Source: a virus
IMG/VR virus record: IMGVR_UViG_3300033183_000354
Coordinates: 64,001-128,000 of that record
Reading direction: 5' to 3' (one strand)
DNA: 64,000 nt
Part shown: piece after piece, positions 35,022-44,185 of the stretch
Layout of the letters: each line of letters begins with the position of its first letter
How positions within the stretch are numbered: the first letter of the stretch is position 1
Notes under the pieces: generated by a model
What the model was told of the DNA's origin: nothing
Database searches by the model: none
The model's input: only the letters and a program-made list of their open reading frames with translations
Position numbers and translations under genes: made by a program

Positions 35022-35187
35022 AGCGTCCTCGAACCGGGCGCTAGGATATGTCTGATTATGCTATGTAGGGTCGATATATCTGACAGGGAAGTAACCCGTT
35101 TTAGATCGATAGCTATCTCTATATTGGGTGGCGGTATAGAGCGATATATCAAATGCCTTCTGCAGAGCGGTAGGTATAGGCCACCCC
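35022..35187 (+). ncRNA. Putative pseudoknotted structured RNA
   Basis: CTCTATA/TATAGAG hairpin whose loop GGGTGGC is complementary to GCCACCC 35180-35186. Confidence 0.5.
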
Positions 35188-35254
35188 AAATTTTGTTTAT
35201 TTTAAGTCATAGATTGTTACTCATAGTACTAATTGAATGACTATAATAAACCTT

Positions 35255-35328
35255 GCGGGTATAGTATAATGGTATTACAATCGCCTTCCAAGCCAAAGAC
35301 CTCGGTTCGATTCCGGGTACCCGCTCCA
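35255..35328 (+). tRNA. tRNA-Gly(TCC), mismatched anticodon stem
   Basis: GCGGGTA/TACCCGC, CT TCC AA loop, TTCGATT, TCCA end. Confidence 0.85.
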
Positions 35329-35404
35329 GTTTAGGTCAGCCAACCGATTAGGCCTAGTCGCTGAGTAAGCCTCGGACAAAAGTTGGTGCAACTGAAAGGA
35401 GAGA

Positions 35405-35453
35405 GACTACTTCGGTAGTCGGGGATTAGGAGACTTCGGTCTCCTAATTCTTT
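35405..35453. terminator. Tandem C-UUCG-G hairpins, probable bidirectional terminator
   Basis: GACTAC-TTCG-GTAGTC and ATTAGGAGAC-TTCG-GTCTCCTAAT between convergent units. Confidence 0.85.
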
Positions 35454-37287
35454 ATGGGCCTTGATCCCAAATCATCTCGCTAGGATTAAATGAACTCACA
35501 TCACCGCGTGGAAGAAAGGTGTTATTTTCATTTTGAATAGAAACGTTATCACCTACTTGACCTACAGCTACAGTTCCTCTTGATACAGGTACATTATTAT
35601 TTGTTGAAGCAGTAATTTGAGCTGCGCCAGACGCGACACCACTATCAACTTGAGGCTTGCTTATGGCTTGTCGCGGCTTGGGTGCCGGTGTATAACTCTC
35701 ATCAAATGTATTAGTGTCAGGCAATGTTGATGCAACGCGGGCCGCTTCTCTTAATTTTAGTTCTTCATCTGTCTTTCCAATGAGCCATGCTGCAACTTTT
35801 CTTCCGGCATAATCACCACCAAAATAACCAGCTAGTGTTCCAATGACACCACCAATGAGTGTTCCCGGTCCAGGGAATGCACTACCAATAGCACCTCCAA
35901 GTAATCCGAATCCAATCGTTCCAAGTGTTCCTCCAATAAGAGGACCTAATTGTTCAATCTTTTCATCCATGCTTAGACTATCATCCATCATAATTGATGC
36001 TGCCAGCGCGCTATCGAGTGCAGCAAAGAGTAACGCTGAACCCGGAATCCCACGTAAGCCTTTAATCCGTGGAAACTTTTGCCACCATTTGGCTCCAGTA
36101 CCAACTGGCTTCATCTTCTTTAAGTCTGCTTCACTTAATACTTGACTAGTCGCTTTACCATCTGCACCGGCGATCGCATAGTTGCCTTTAGCAGTCTTTA
36201 CAACGTTCTTACCGTCTAATGTACCATAGACTCGAGGAGCTGATGGCATCCTAGTATTTGCTGCCCTTTGAGCATCAATTTCTGCTGCAGTAGGACCTCT
36301 ACGTACCATATTAGATACGCCCTTTGCAGCTAAAGCTGCGCCACCAGCGACAGCAGCCCCTCCAACAATATCTTCGGTTGTAATTTCTCCTGATCCATCA
36401 TCACCTACTATACCATCAAAAAATTTATCATATACGTATGTTCCAGCTGCAACTGCAGCTGCTATTGCAAGAAGCCTTCCTCCTTTGCGCGTGCCAGCAA
36501 ATAGTGCAATATTTTTTAAACCTCTCATAAATGGACCAGGGGCAATGAGCAATGCCATACCAGCAAGAAGACCTGCAGTTTCTTTAAAGTTTGATGTTAA
36601 TGTATCCCAGTCTCCTGTGATAAGAGCATTTATACCATCTAACCCTTTACCTACACCTTCTTGGAGTGCTACCATTACCTTTGTTAAATCTGGCAACTTA
36701 ATTCCAAGATCATCTAATTTCTTTTTTAAGTTTTCTCCAAGTTCACCAAGCTTGTTCATATTCTCGTCAGTGGCAAGAGCACCGACTGCAACACCAATGA
36801 GACCGAATCTCTTGCCTAGAAGCGAACCAAATGAACCACCAAGTGTCGCTCTTTCGGCCGCATCGCCGAGTTCTTTTTTTCCAGTTTGACTTGTTACCCA
36901 ATCTCCAATCTCATCTGCAAAGACTACACCAAGAGCAGCAGGAATACCTTTCTTTGCAAACGTACCAAATAGTGATTTACCAAAGGCAAGGAGTCCACCG
37001 CCGGTTAATAATCCAGTCGGTAACGTCGTAAATTTATCAAACTTATCTCCAAGAGATGAAGCTCCACGACCAATAGCTCCACCCGCTGCGCCTACACTTA
37101 CACCAATCTTTTGCATCAGAGATTGTTTCATCTCTCTTTGTTCTTCAAGCTCATCGCCTTTCTTTGTTTCCATATAAGAAACAAAGCGATCAATAGCACC
37201 ACTCGTTTTAGCAGTGTTATCGCTCACTTGCGTAAGGATTTTACCTTGAGATAAAAGAGTATCGTTGAGTGCAGCTAAACTAGACAT
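35452..37287 (-). CDS. Tape-measure-like protein (gp29 equivalent)
   Basis: 611 aa, helical Gly/Ala-rich with hydrophobic GGxxG segments; follows gp26/gp51. Confidence 0.65.
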   Translation of the reverse strand: MSSLAALNDTLLSQGKILTQVSDNTAKTSGAIDRFVSYMETKKGDELEEQREMKQSLMQKIGVSVGAAGGAIGRGASSLGDKFDKFTTLPTGLLTGGGLLAFGKSLFGTFAKKGIPAALGVVFADEIGDWVTSQTGKKELGDAAERATLGGSFGSLLGKRFGLIGVAVGALATDENMNKLGELGENLKKKLDDLGIKLPDLTKVMVALQEGVGKGLDGINALITGDWDTLTSNFKETAGLLAGMALLIAPGPFMRGLKNIALFAGTRKGGRLLAIAAAVAAGTYVYDKFFDGIVGDDGSGEITTEDIVGGAAVAGGAALAAKGVSNMVRRGPTAAEIDAQRAANTRMPSAPRVYGTLDGKNVVKTAKGNYAIAGADGKATSQVLSEADLKKMKPVGTGAKWWQKFPRIKGLRGIPGSALLFAALDSALAASIMMDDSLSMDEKIEQLGPLIGGTLGTIGFGLLGGAIGSAFPGPGTLIGGVIGTLAGYFGGDYAGRKVAAWLIGKTDEELKLREAARVASTLPDTNTFDESYTPAPKPRQAISKPQVDSGVASGAAQITASTNNNVPVSRGTVAVGQVGDNVSIQNENNTFLPRGDVSSFNPSEMIWDQGP

Positions 37288-37409
37288 TATTGATTTGCTC
37301 TTTCGTTCTGTTCTTTTATAAATTCATTTAATAATGCAATATAAATTTCTCTCTCCCACGGTATCATATTATCCAGCTCAGTTAGAGAATAACTAAAATG
37401 TTGCATCAT
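37287..37409 (-). CDS. 51: Baseplate hub assembly protein gp51-like (frame open up to 37469; not in ORF track)
   Basis: MMQHFSYSLTELDNMIPWEREIYIALL motif. Confidence 0.8.
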   Translation of the reverse strand: MMQHFSYSLTELDNMIPWEREIYIALLNEFIKEQNERANQ

Positions 37410-37459
37410 TGTAAAATTAGTTCTATAAAAGTTCTCTAACGTTTCATGAGAGAGATTAA

Positions 37460-38176
37460 TTAAAAAAAATCCTGTAAGCCCTTTAATTCTATTTTATTGT
37501 GTTGATTGCAGCTTTTACAATCATACTCAATCGTGTGTGTCAATATAGGCATACTATCAACAAAGGTCGTGATCCTATTCAACTGTTCATTTGTAAGTGA
37601 ACTCATGAACCTTTCAACCTCTTCACGAGGCTCATCTTTAATCATGATGTTTTCTTCTTCTGTCTGCACAGAATGAATACATGCTACGACCGTCTCGAAT
37701 AAAACATCGACTACACGAGAATCATCACTAAAGATCTTTTCATTGTTGATCATATCTTCATATGTAGGATACTTCATCTTAACACTAACCGTATCATTAA
37801 GAGGAATAGTCGAAGACGCGATATCATCAACATTTATTTCAATTTGAGAAAGATCAATTGATACACTATTTTCATGTTCACAATTGCTGCAGCGTGATGA
37901 TATGTTAGACGTTTCACCGACAGATTTAGATCTCACTTTTGTAAACATATAGTCAACATCAAAAGTTGAGAGGTCTTTGACATTAATATCAGAAACACAA
38001 GACTGTAAACAACTTAACATTGAATTTAAAATTTGTTTTGAATCTTGAGATTCCAATGCAATCAAAAGATTCTTTTGTTCCTTCACTAGAAATGGCCTAA
38101 ACTTAACTGTCTTCTTTGTTGAAGGAATAACCATTTCATAGATTGGATTATCATTATTTAACTTTGGTAAAGCCAT
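37460..38176 (-). CDS. 26: Baseplate hub assembly protein gp26-like
   Basis: MALPKL, FRPFLVKE, RSKSVGE, two CxxC, GLQDFF. Confidence 0.85.
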   Translation of the reverse strand: MALPKLNNDNPIYEMVIPSTKKTVKFRPFLVKEQKNLLIALESQDSKQILNSMLSCLQSCVSDINVKDLSTFDVDYMFTKVRSKSVGETSNISSRCSNCEHENSVSIDLSQIEINVDDIASSTIPLNDTVSVKMKYPTYEDMINNEKIFSDDSRVVDVLFETVVACIHSVQTEEENIMIKDEPREEVERFMSSLTNEQLNRITTFVDSMPILTHTIEYDCKSCNQHNKIELKGLQDFF

Positions 38177-38421
38177 TATGCAGATCTCCTACGCCATACG
38201 TCATTGGCATTCACACGAATAAATCTTTTATTCGTTTCATTCTTATTTGGATTTTCGATAGTCAGCATTACATTCTTGCCTTTTAGCCAAGCTGCATATT
38301 TAGCTGTCATCTGTTCTGTGCTACCAACCCATTCTCTACGAGATGCTTTAACCAATTGACGATCAATTGGACTACGTTCACCCTTCGAGGTATATTTCGT
38401 TCTTTGTCTTTTCTTTCCCAT
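38176..38421 (-). CDS. Conserved basic hypothetical protein
   Basis: YTSKGER...AWLKGKNVMLTIENPNKNETNKRFIRV. Confidence 0.7.
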   Translation of the reverse strand: MGKKRQRTKYTSKGERSPIDRQLVKASRREWVGSTEQMTAKYAAWLKGKNVMLTIENPNKNETNKRFIRVNANDVWRRRSA

Positions 38422-38426
38422 TCACT

Positions 38427-39029
38427 TCACCCTAAATTTAATGATGCTGTTATAAAGTCTTGCGGGTTTTCATCAACCAGCCAGTTTGTATATGAAATTT
38501 CTACAGTTAACTGTACTAGACCATCAAGTTCATTTGTTAATTCAACTGCATTAATAGTCGTTGGAAATGCATCGATTAGTTTTACAGAATAAACTGTACC
38601 CTGACCAATGCCAATATTTGCTCTTAATGGGCCAATAGATTTGCTAAAGCCAGTAAGAGGTTTTCTTAATTGATGAATTGTAACATCTTCTACATATTCA
38701 TTCTTATATGATAAATCATAAATGCCTTCATTAATGATACTTGATCTCCAAGTATCAAAATATTTTTTTACGCCATAATCATTCATTAGATAAAATGTCA
38801 TTACCACATCAGTAACAGCATAACCATATGCCACCTTTTGGAATTCCATTCCAATCCTACGATCAGTAGTTAAGATTTGTTTACCTGGTAAAGCAACACT
38901 AGAACATAGAACATTCATTTCTCTCCCATCAACTCCAAAACGAGAAGGAAGGTTTACCAAGAAATTATTTGGACGAGCAAAGCCTAATTTTGCTGACGCA
39001 ATGGATTTAATATCGTCTATCGTTGCCAT
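38427..39029 (-). CDS. Tail tube-like / tube initiator (gp54-like)
   Basis: ARPNNF.V, CSSVALPG, DAFPTTI, ISYTNW. Confidence 0.75.
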   Translation of the reverse strand: MATIDDIKSIASAKLGFARPNNFLVNLPSRFGVDGREMNVLCSSVALPGKQILTTDRRIGMEFQKVAYGYAVTDVVMTFYLMNDYGVKKYFDTWRSSIINEGIYDLSYKNEYVEDVTIHQLRKPLTGFSKSIGPLRANIGIGQGTVYSVKLIDAFPTTINAVELTNELDGLVQLTVEISYTNWLVDENPQDFITASLNLG

Positions 39030-39613
39030 TAGATCATAGCCCTCGAATCTTTATAAACCTTTGCGCCACTTGCCTTACGCCAATCTGCAGTCGGTAAGAA
39101 CGTCGCTATCTCCCATTCGGGAGCAGATACTAAAGCAAAACGACTACGGACATGACTTGTTAAGTATCTCTTATAACAAGGTTTAAAATGCCTAAACTTC
39201 TGTGAACCTTTCAATAGCTTATAAGATAAATCAAACTTTGTCTTCTCATCATAGTTTTTATTCGTCGTAATGTCAAGTAGCGCATCGAGGAACTTAGCCC
39301 TTAATATTGGCGGCAAATAATGGATATTAAGACCATAAAACCCACCTTCTGCTCGCTCTACCGGAATCACGAGAGGAAACGCATCATAATAAGGTAACGT
39401 GTCCTTTGTCTTCGGGTCATAGAAGAACATGTACATATTACCAGGAGAAAACTGATTTCTCAGTTTGATCTCATCTTCTTGCATCAATTGATTACGATTG
39501 ATTCTCTGCATCTGCTGAGCCTTTTTACGAAACCAATCGCGCGACTCTTTCGTACGCGGATTAATACCTGCACGAAAGGCTTCAAGTTCTAGCTTTTGAA
39601 ATAGATTCGACAT
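39029..39613 (-). CDS. 2: DNA end protector gp2
   Basis: FFYDPKTKDTLPYYDAFPL, GLNIHYLPP, KRYL. Confidence 0.9.
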   Translation of the reverse strand: MSNLFQKLELEAFRAGINPRTKESRDWFRKKAQQMQRINRNQLMQEDEIKLRNQFSPGNMYMFFYDPKTKDTLPYYDAFPLVIPVERAEGGFYGLNIHYLPPILRAKFLDALLDITTNKNYDEKTKFDLSYKLLKGSQKFRHFKPCYKRYLTSHVRSRFALVSAPEWEIATFLPTADWRKASGAKVYKDSRAMI

Positions 39614-39618
39614 AATTC

Positions 39619-39626
39619 TATTTATA
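39619..39626 (-). promoter_or_regulatory. T4 late promoter for the gene 2 operon
   Basis: TATAAATA on - strand. Confidence 0.75.
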
Positions 39627-39627
39627 A

Positions 39628-40134
39628 TTATTTCTTACGTTTTTTACGAGAGTAAGGTGCAAGCTTTTTTAATGGTTTCTTAATTTTTCCAGGCATAGCT
39701 TTAGGTAATAGCTTCATCTTTCGAAGCGTATCTTCTGTCCATATCTGAAATTCCCAACCTCTATCCTTTGCATATTCATTTGCAGCTTCCCATTTATTCA
39801 TATTCTTAATATAAGTTAAGCTCTCATTAATATATCTCTTCGTACGTTTTTCTCCGATAGGAGGTGCAGTCTCTTTTGCAGGTTTAATCTCAACAAGGAC
39901 AGTTTTATGATTTGTAAAAGTAATTTTTATATCTACAAAATATCGATGATATTTCTTATCAACCTCATAATAGTATGGTATGACTGTCTCTTCTGAGCTC
40001 CATTCTTTTATGTCAGGATTATTATCACACCATTCAAATACTTTCTTTTCCCATGAAGAACGATAGATGACGTTTGTAAAGTCACCTTTGTACTTCTTTG
40101 TATTGATTACTTTGTATCGTCCGGAATATACCAT
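39628..40134 (-). CDS. 4: Head completion nuclease gp4
   Basis: KYKGD..YRSSWE, WSSE, HRYFVD, EIKP, KWEAA. Confidence 0.9.
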   Translation of the reverse strand: MVYSGRYKVINTKKYKGDFTNVIYRSSWEKKVFEWCDNNPDIKEWSSEETVIPYYYEVDKKYHRYFVDIKITFTNHKTVLVEIKPAKETAPPIGEKRTKRYINESLTYIKNMNKWEAANEYAKDRGWEFQIWTEDTLRKMKLLPKAMPGKIKKPLKKLAPYSRKKRKK

Positions 40135-40141
40135 TTTTGAA

Positions 40142-40149
40142 TATAAATA
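40142..40149 (+). promoter_or_regulatory. T4 late promoter for the baseplate operon
   Basis: Exact TATAAATA. Confidence 0.75.
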
Positions 40150-40185
40150 AGAAAGAATTATTTAATCTATATATAGGATCTTTTC

Positions 40186-41280
40186 ATGGCTTACGAAAGA
40201 GAACGAGTATTGATATCACAAGGCGGAGAGAATCAAAGCCGATTGGTTGCGACTGAATATGCGTCAACGAGTACTCAGCCAACTGCGGCCGATAATGGTG
40301 AAATACCAGATATTCCGGCCAATTTACAGTTTCCTCTTATCGATGATCCTGCCTATGCCGGAAAGATTTCATTTGAAGTCTATAAAGTAAAACCTATCGA
40401 TATTAATGGTCGACCTCTTTATGAGTCAAAGATCTTCGATAATGTAAGAAAATATATTCCAGGTAGTGGAACTAAAAATTCTGCAACAGCCGATGACGGA
40501 TTTGCATTTGCTCAAGAAAAAGAAATTGCAGATAAGACAAAAGAAAATGCTAATATTGTAGCAGATGCTATTATTAATGGGATGGAAACAGAAGATCTTA
40601 ATAAAAAAGTGACATTATTTTTTCCTCTTTCAATCAATGTCGATGATGGAGTAGAATACACTAATGGTAATTTAGGAGTACTTGGTGCTGGTGTTCTACA
40701 AGGATTAAAAGAAGGAAACCCTATCGGGAAGGCAATTGGTGGTTCAATAACTGAAAGTTTAGGCAATTTATTTGATTTTGCTCTTGGATCAGCTAATCAA
40801 GAAGCTGCACAATTTGCGGCATCGAGACTTGCTAAGTTTGGTGCACAGAGTATTAACACTGCTGCAGCAATCGCAACTCAAGTAACTGTTAATCCAAATA
40901 GTCGTACTGTATTTGATAATGTACGAATTAGAGATTTTGCTTTTACTTTTAAATTAATTCCTAAATCTGCTGCAGAAGCAAGAGAAATCGCCAATATCGT
41001 AAAATTCTTTAGACATGAATTATATCCTGAAGTAAAAGATGTAGGCGGTTTACCGATTGCATATGAGTTTCCAAATGTATTTAAGATTCGCTTCTTACAT
41101 CGTGGTCTTGATGCTCGTATCCCTAAACTTGAATTCTGTTATTTAGTAGGCGTATCTTCATCGTATAACCCAACGAGTGCTACATTCTTCAAAGATGGTC
41201 ATCCAAATGAGATTGATATGACTTTAAGGTTTAGAGAAATGAGAGCTCTTCATAAGAAAGACGTAAGGGAAGGTAAATAA
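40186..41280 (+). CDS. 48: Baseplate tail-tube cap gp48
   Basis: VNPN...RDFAFTFKLIPKSAAEA, YEFP, LRFREM. Confidence 0.85.
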   Translation: MAYERERVLISQGGENQSRLVATEYASTSTQPTAADNGEIPDIPANLQFPLIDDPAYAGKISFEVYKVKPIDINGRPLYESKIFDNVRKYIPGSGTKNSATADDGFAFAQEKEIADKTKENANIVADAIINGMETEDLNKKVTLFFPLSINVDDGVEYTNGNLGVLGAGVLQGLKEGNPIGKAIGGSITESLGNLFDFALGSANQEAAQFAASRLAKFGAQSINTAAAIATQVTVNPNSRTVFDNVRIRDFAFTFKLIPKSAAEAREIANIVKFFRHELYPEVKDVGGLPIAYEFPNVFKIRFLHRGLDARIPKLEFCYLVGVSSSYNPTSATFFKDGHPNEIDMTLRFREMRALHKKDVREGK

Positions 41281-42017
41281 TGCAGTACTTTAAAAACTTT
41301 GATGATGTACTCTATAAATTTGGCGATGAACAATCTACTGTCGCCTTTCAAGATATTACGACTTATATCGATGTCGTAGATCAAATTAAGGATGCAACTT
41401 CTTTTTACACTTATTATAATATCCAAGAGTTTGAAAGACCTGACATACTTTCGATTAAGCTTTATGACACACCACTTTATTATTGGACTTTTTTCTTAAT
41501 GAATGATAAGCTAAGGCAACAAGGTTGGCCTCTTACAAATGAAGAACTTGATCGAATAATTAAAAAACAATATCCTCACCGTGTAATTACGACAAGAAAT
41601 AATTTAACTGGCATCTTTAAGATAGGCCAAACTGTAACCGGTTCAAGTTCAGGTGCAACCGGTACAATCGCACATCGTCATCTCGATCTTGGTCAAATTA
41701 TGCTCGATGATGCAAATGGTACCTTTATTGATGGTGAACAGATTCAATCAATTGCTGTAGGTGAATTTGAAGATACAGTACAATCAATCAATATTGTATC
41801 TTCAGAAGAAGAATATAATGCAGCACATCATTATGAAGATGTAAATGGTAAGATCGTTGACATTGATCCGTATGTGGGTCCTGGTGCACAATTAACTGAA
41901 ATTACTAATTATCAAAATTATTATAATATTAATCAAGACTTACACCAGATTCGTGTTATCAAGCCAAGTCTTATTGATACAGTAGTATCGAACTATAAAA
42001 AAGCATTGAAACAATAA
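41280..42017 (+). CDS. 53: Baseplate wedge gp53
   Basis: YFKNF, ERPDILSIKLY, YWTFFLMN, WP. Confidence 0.88.
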   Translation: MQYFKNFDDVLYKFGDEQSTVAFQDITTYIDVVDQIKDATSFYTYYNIQEFERPDILSIKLYDTPLYYWTFFLMNDKLRQQGWPLTNEELDRIIKKQYPHRVITTRNNLTGIFKIGQTVTGSSSGATGTIAHRHLDLGQIMLDDANGTFIDGEQIQSIAVGEFEDTVQSINIVSSEEEYNAAHHYEDVNGKIVDIDPYVGPGAQLTEITNYQNYYNINQDLHQIRVIKPSLIDTVVSNYKKALKQ

Positions 42018-42018
42018 T

Positions 42019-43404
42019 ATGACGACTAATCAAACTAATAATGGTCTAAATGTTGCAGATGATTTCGAAATCATTGAAGCACTTCTCATTACCGAGAGGG
42101 CGGGCGGACTAACATATGACGTCTCGAGAATCATTACAGATTTTGAGATCTATGAGCATATCGATAAACCATTCTTAACAGCGCGTATAGCGATGATTGA
42201 TGGTAATTCAATTATGGAAGCTTCTGATATTCAGGGCGGTGAAAAGATTAGGATTCGATTCCAATCTGTTGAAACAAAGAAAGAGTCAACTTCTATTGTA
42301 AAAACATTTATTATCGATAAGGTTATTAAAACTACTCGAGCGAATGAAAGAACTGATGTCGTCTATTTTAGTTGTTATGAAGACGTGATGCTAAAATCAA
42401 GCCTCATAAATGTGAATAAACATTATAAAGGTAATATGGGAGGCATCGTCTCAAAGATATTATTTGAACACCTCAATAAAAGTACTATCGTTTCGAATGA
42501 TCTCTTTCAATCAGATATTCAATTAATTGTACCAAATATGCATCCTATCGAAGCTGCATCATGGGTTAAAAATAGAATTACGAGTAAAGATGGATTTCCA
42601 TTTTATCTCTATAAGACTTTAAATAGCGATGACTTTCATCTCATTGATTTAGGTACTTTGATTAAGAGAGAACCGATTAATAAGAGAGCACCATTCCTAT
42701 ATTCAAGAGGAGCTGCACAAGCTTCATTAGAACAAAGGCATTTGATTATTAAACACTATAAGCATGAAAATACAGATGACATTATGACTTTAGTGCGAAA
42801 AGGTTATGTAGGCGCGACTTACAATTTTATCGATACATTAAAAGGAATTAATCGTAAAGTTGATTTTGATGTGGCAAGTGATGTGTTTTATAATATAGCC
42901 GATAAAGATTATCTCGGCACATCTCCAAGATTTAATTATGCACCAGATCAAAAGATGGATGATATAAAATTAAGCTCTTATCGATCAACTAATTATAGCG
43001 TGATCACTGGTAATGGTGCGCATACATATGATAATTATAGTATTAAGTCATTAGATGAAGAAGACTATCAGTCATCATATAAAAAGCGTATTGTATCACA
43101 TGCGCTTAAGAACTTTATGACAAAAACCCCTATATCCGTTGTAGTTCCGGGTCGACCTTTTATGAGAGGTGACGGTGACTATACTATTGGTAATGTCGTA
43201 CGACTGATCTTTCTAGAATCAACAAATGATGATCAGAATGAAAAGCGAATTGATACAAAGAAGTCAGGTGATTATGTTCTTTATTCTACTAAACATAGCT
43301 TTTCTGTAGCTAGTCCAAATCGAATAGATAGCACATTGTTATGCGCCAAGCTTTCTTCATTTGATGTTGGTGTTTCTATTGGAGACTTGCTCAATGTTTC
43401 ATAA
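42019..43404 (+). CDS. Baseplate hub protein (gp27-like)
   Basis: IYEHIDKPFLT, IVPN, SGDY; position between gp53 and gp5. Confidence 0.65.
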   Translation: MTTNQTNNGLNVADDFEIIEALLITERAGGLTYDVSRIITDFEIYEHIDKPFLTARIAMIDGNSIMEASDIQGGEKIRIRFQSVETKKESTSIVKTFIIDKVIKTTRANERTDVVYFSCYEDVMLKSSLINVNKHYKGNMGGIVSKILFEHLNKSTIVSNDLFQSDIQLIVPNMHPIEAASWVKNRITSKDGFPFYLYKTLNSDDFHLIDLGTLIKREPINKRAPFLYSRGAAQASLEQRHLIIKHYKHENTDDIMTLVRKGYVGATYNFIDTLKGINRKVDFDVASDVFYNIADKDYLGTSPRFNYAPDQKMDDIKLSSYRSTNYSVITGNGAHTYDNYSIKSLDEEDYQSSYKKRIVSHALKNFMTKTPISVVVPGRPFMRGDGDYTIGNVVRLIFLESTNDDQNEKRIDTKKSGDYVLYSTKHSFSVASPNRIDSTLLCAKLSSFDVGVSIGDLLNVS

Positions 43405-44185
43405 GTTTTATGGAGACGAGACGAGATGGTTTATCGGTGTAGTCGTTGATAACAATGATCCATTAAACCTTGGAAGAGTCAAAGTGCGTATTCACGGTAT
43501 TCATAGTGATAATAAAGAAGAGATCCCAGATTGGGCGTTGCCATGGGCTCAGGTTCTTATACCTGTTACAGAAGAAGGTACTACGGGCTATGGCTATAAT
43601 CCTTATATTATTCCAACTGCGCAAGTCTTTGGTATTTTCTTAGATGGTAAGAGTTCACAGTTACCTCTTATTCTCGGATCTATTCCAAAAATTGAACAAG
43701 GATATGAATCAAGTCAAACAGATGAAGATTTAGAAGGAGCTACTCTTGAAGAAAAAGCATTCCTTTATCTTATATCAGATGATCAGCATGCATATACGCC
43801 TATACAAGCTGCCGGCATATTAGGTAATTTGATTCATGAATCTGGTTTAAATCCTCGTCAAGTATCTAAAGTACCAGGAGAAGATTCATATGGTATCGCA
43901 CAATGGAATCCAGCAGTTGGTAGAAAACAAGAGTTATTTGAGTGGTGTAAATTAAATAAGCTTGATCCTTCATCATTGATCGGTCAATTAAAGTTTATTA
44001 AATATGATCTTGATAAAAATAGTGATCAATATCGTATTGATAAAACACTTGGTGATTTGCAGAATGCTACAACTATTGAAACTGCATGTAAGATCTTTGA
44101 AAAGAGATATGAACGACCAAAGGCCGGAAGTACACAAGCCAGATTAGATGAAGCAATAAAAATTTATGAAAGGCTAGCAGTATAA
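43394..44185 (+). CDS. gp5 N-terminal OB fold fused to tail lysozyme (Phage_lysozyme2-like)
   Basis: WFIGVV..NDPLNLGRVKVRIHG, LPWA; AAGILGNLIHESG, YGIAQWN, YERP. Confidence 0.85.
   Translation: MFHKFYGDETRWFIGVVVDNNDPLNLGRVKVRIHGIHSDNKEEIPDWALPWAQVLIPVTEEGTTGYGYNPYIIPTAQVFGIFLDGKSSQLPLILGSIPKIEQGYESSQTDEDLEGATLEEKAFLYLISDDQHAYTPIQAAGILGNLIHESGLNPRQVSKVPGEDSYGIAQWNPAVGRKQELFEWCKLNKLDPSSLIGQLKFIKYDLDKNSDQYRIDKTLGDLQNATTIETACKIFEKRYERPKAGSTQARLDEAIKIYERLAV

Noticed and set aside
34763-35240. ORFs 34763..35152(-) and 35058..35240(+)
   Set aside because: Overlap structured RNA; no RBS or protein-like features
34860-35250. tmRNA, RNase P RNA or group I intron
   Set aside because: No tmRNA acceptor/tag ORF or recognisable conserved cores; left as unassigned structured RNA
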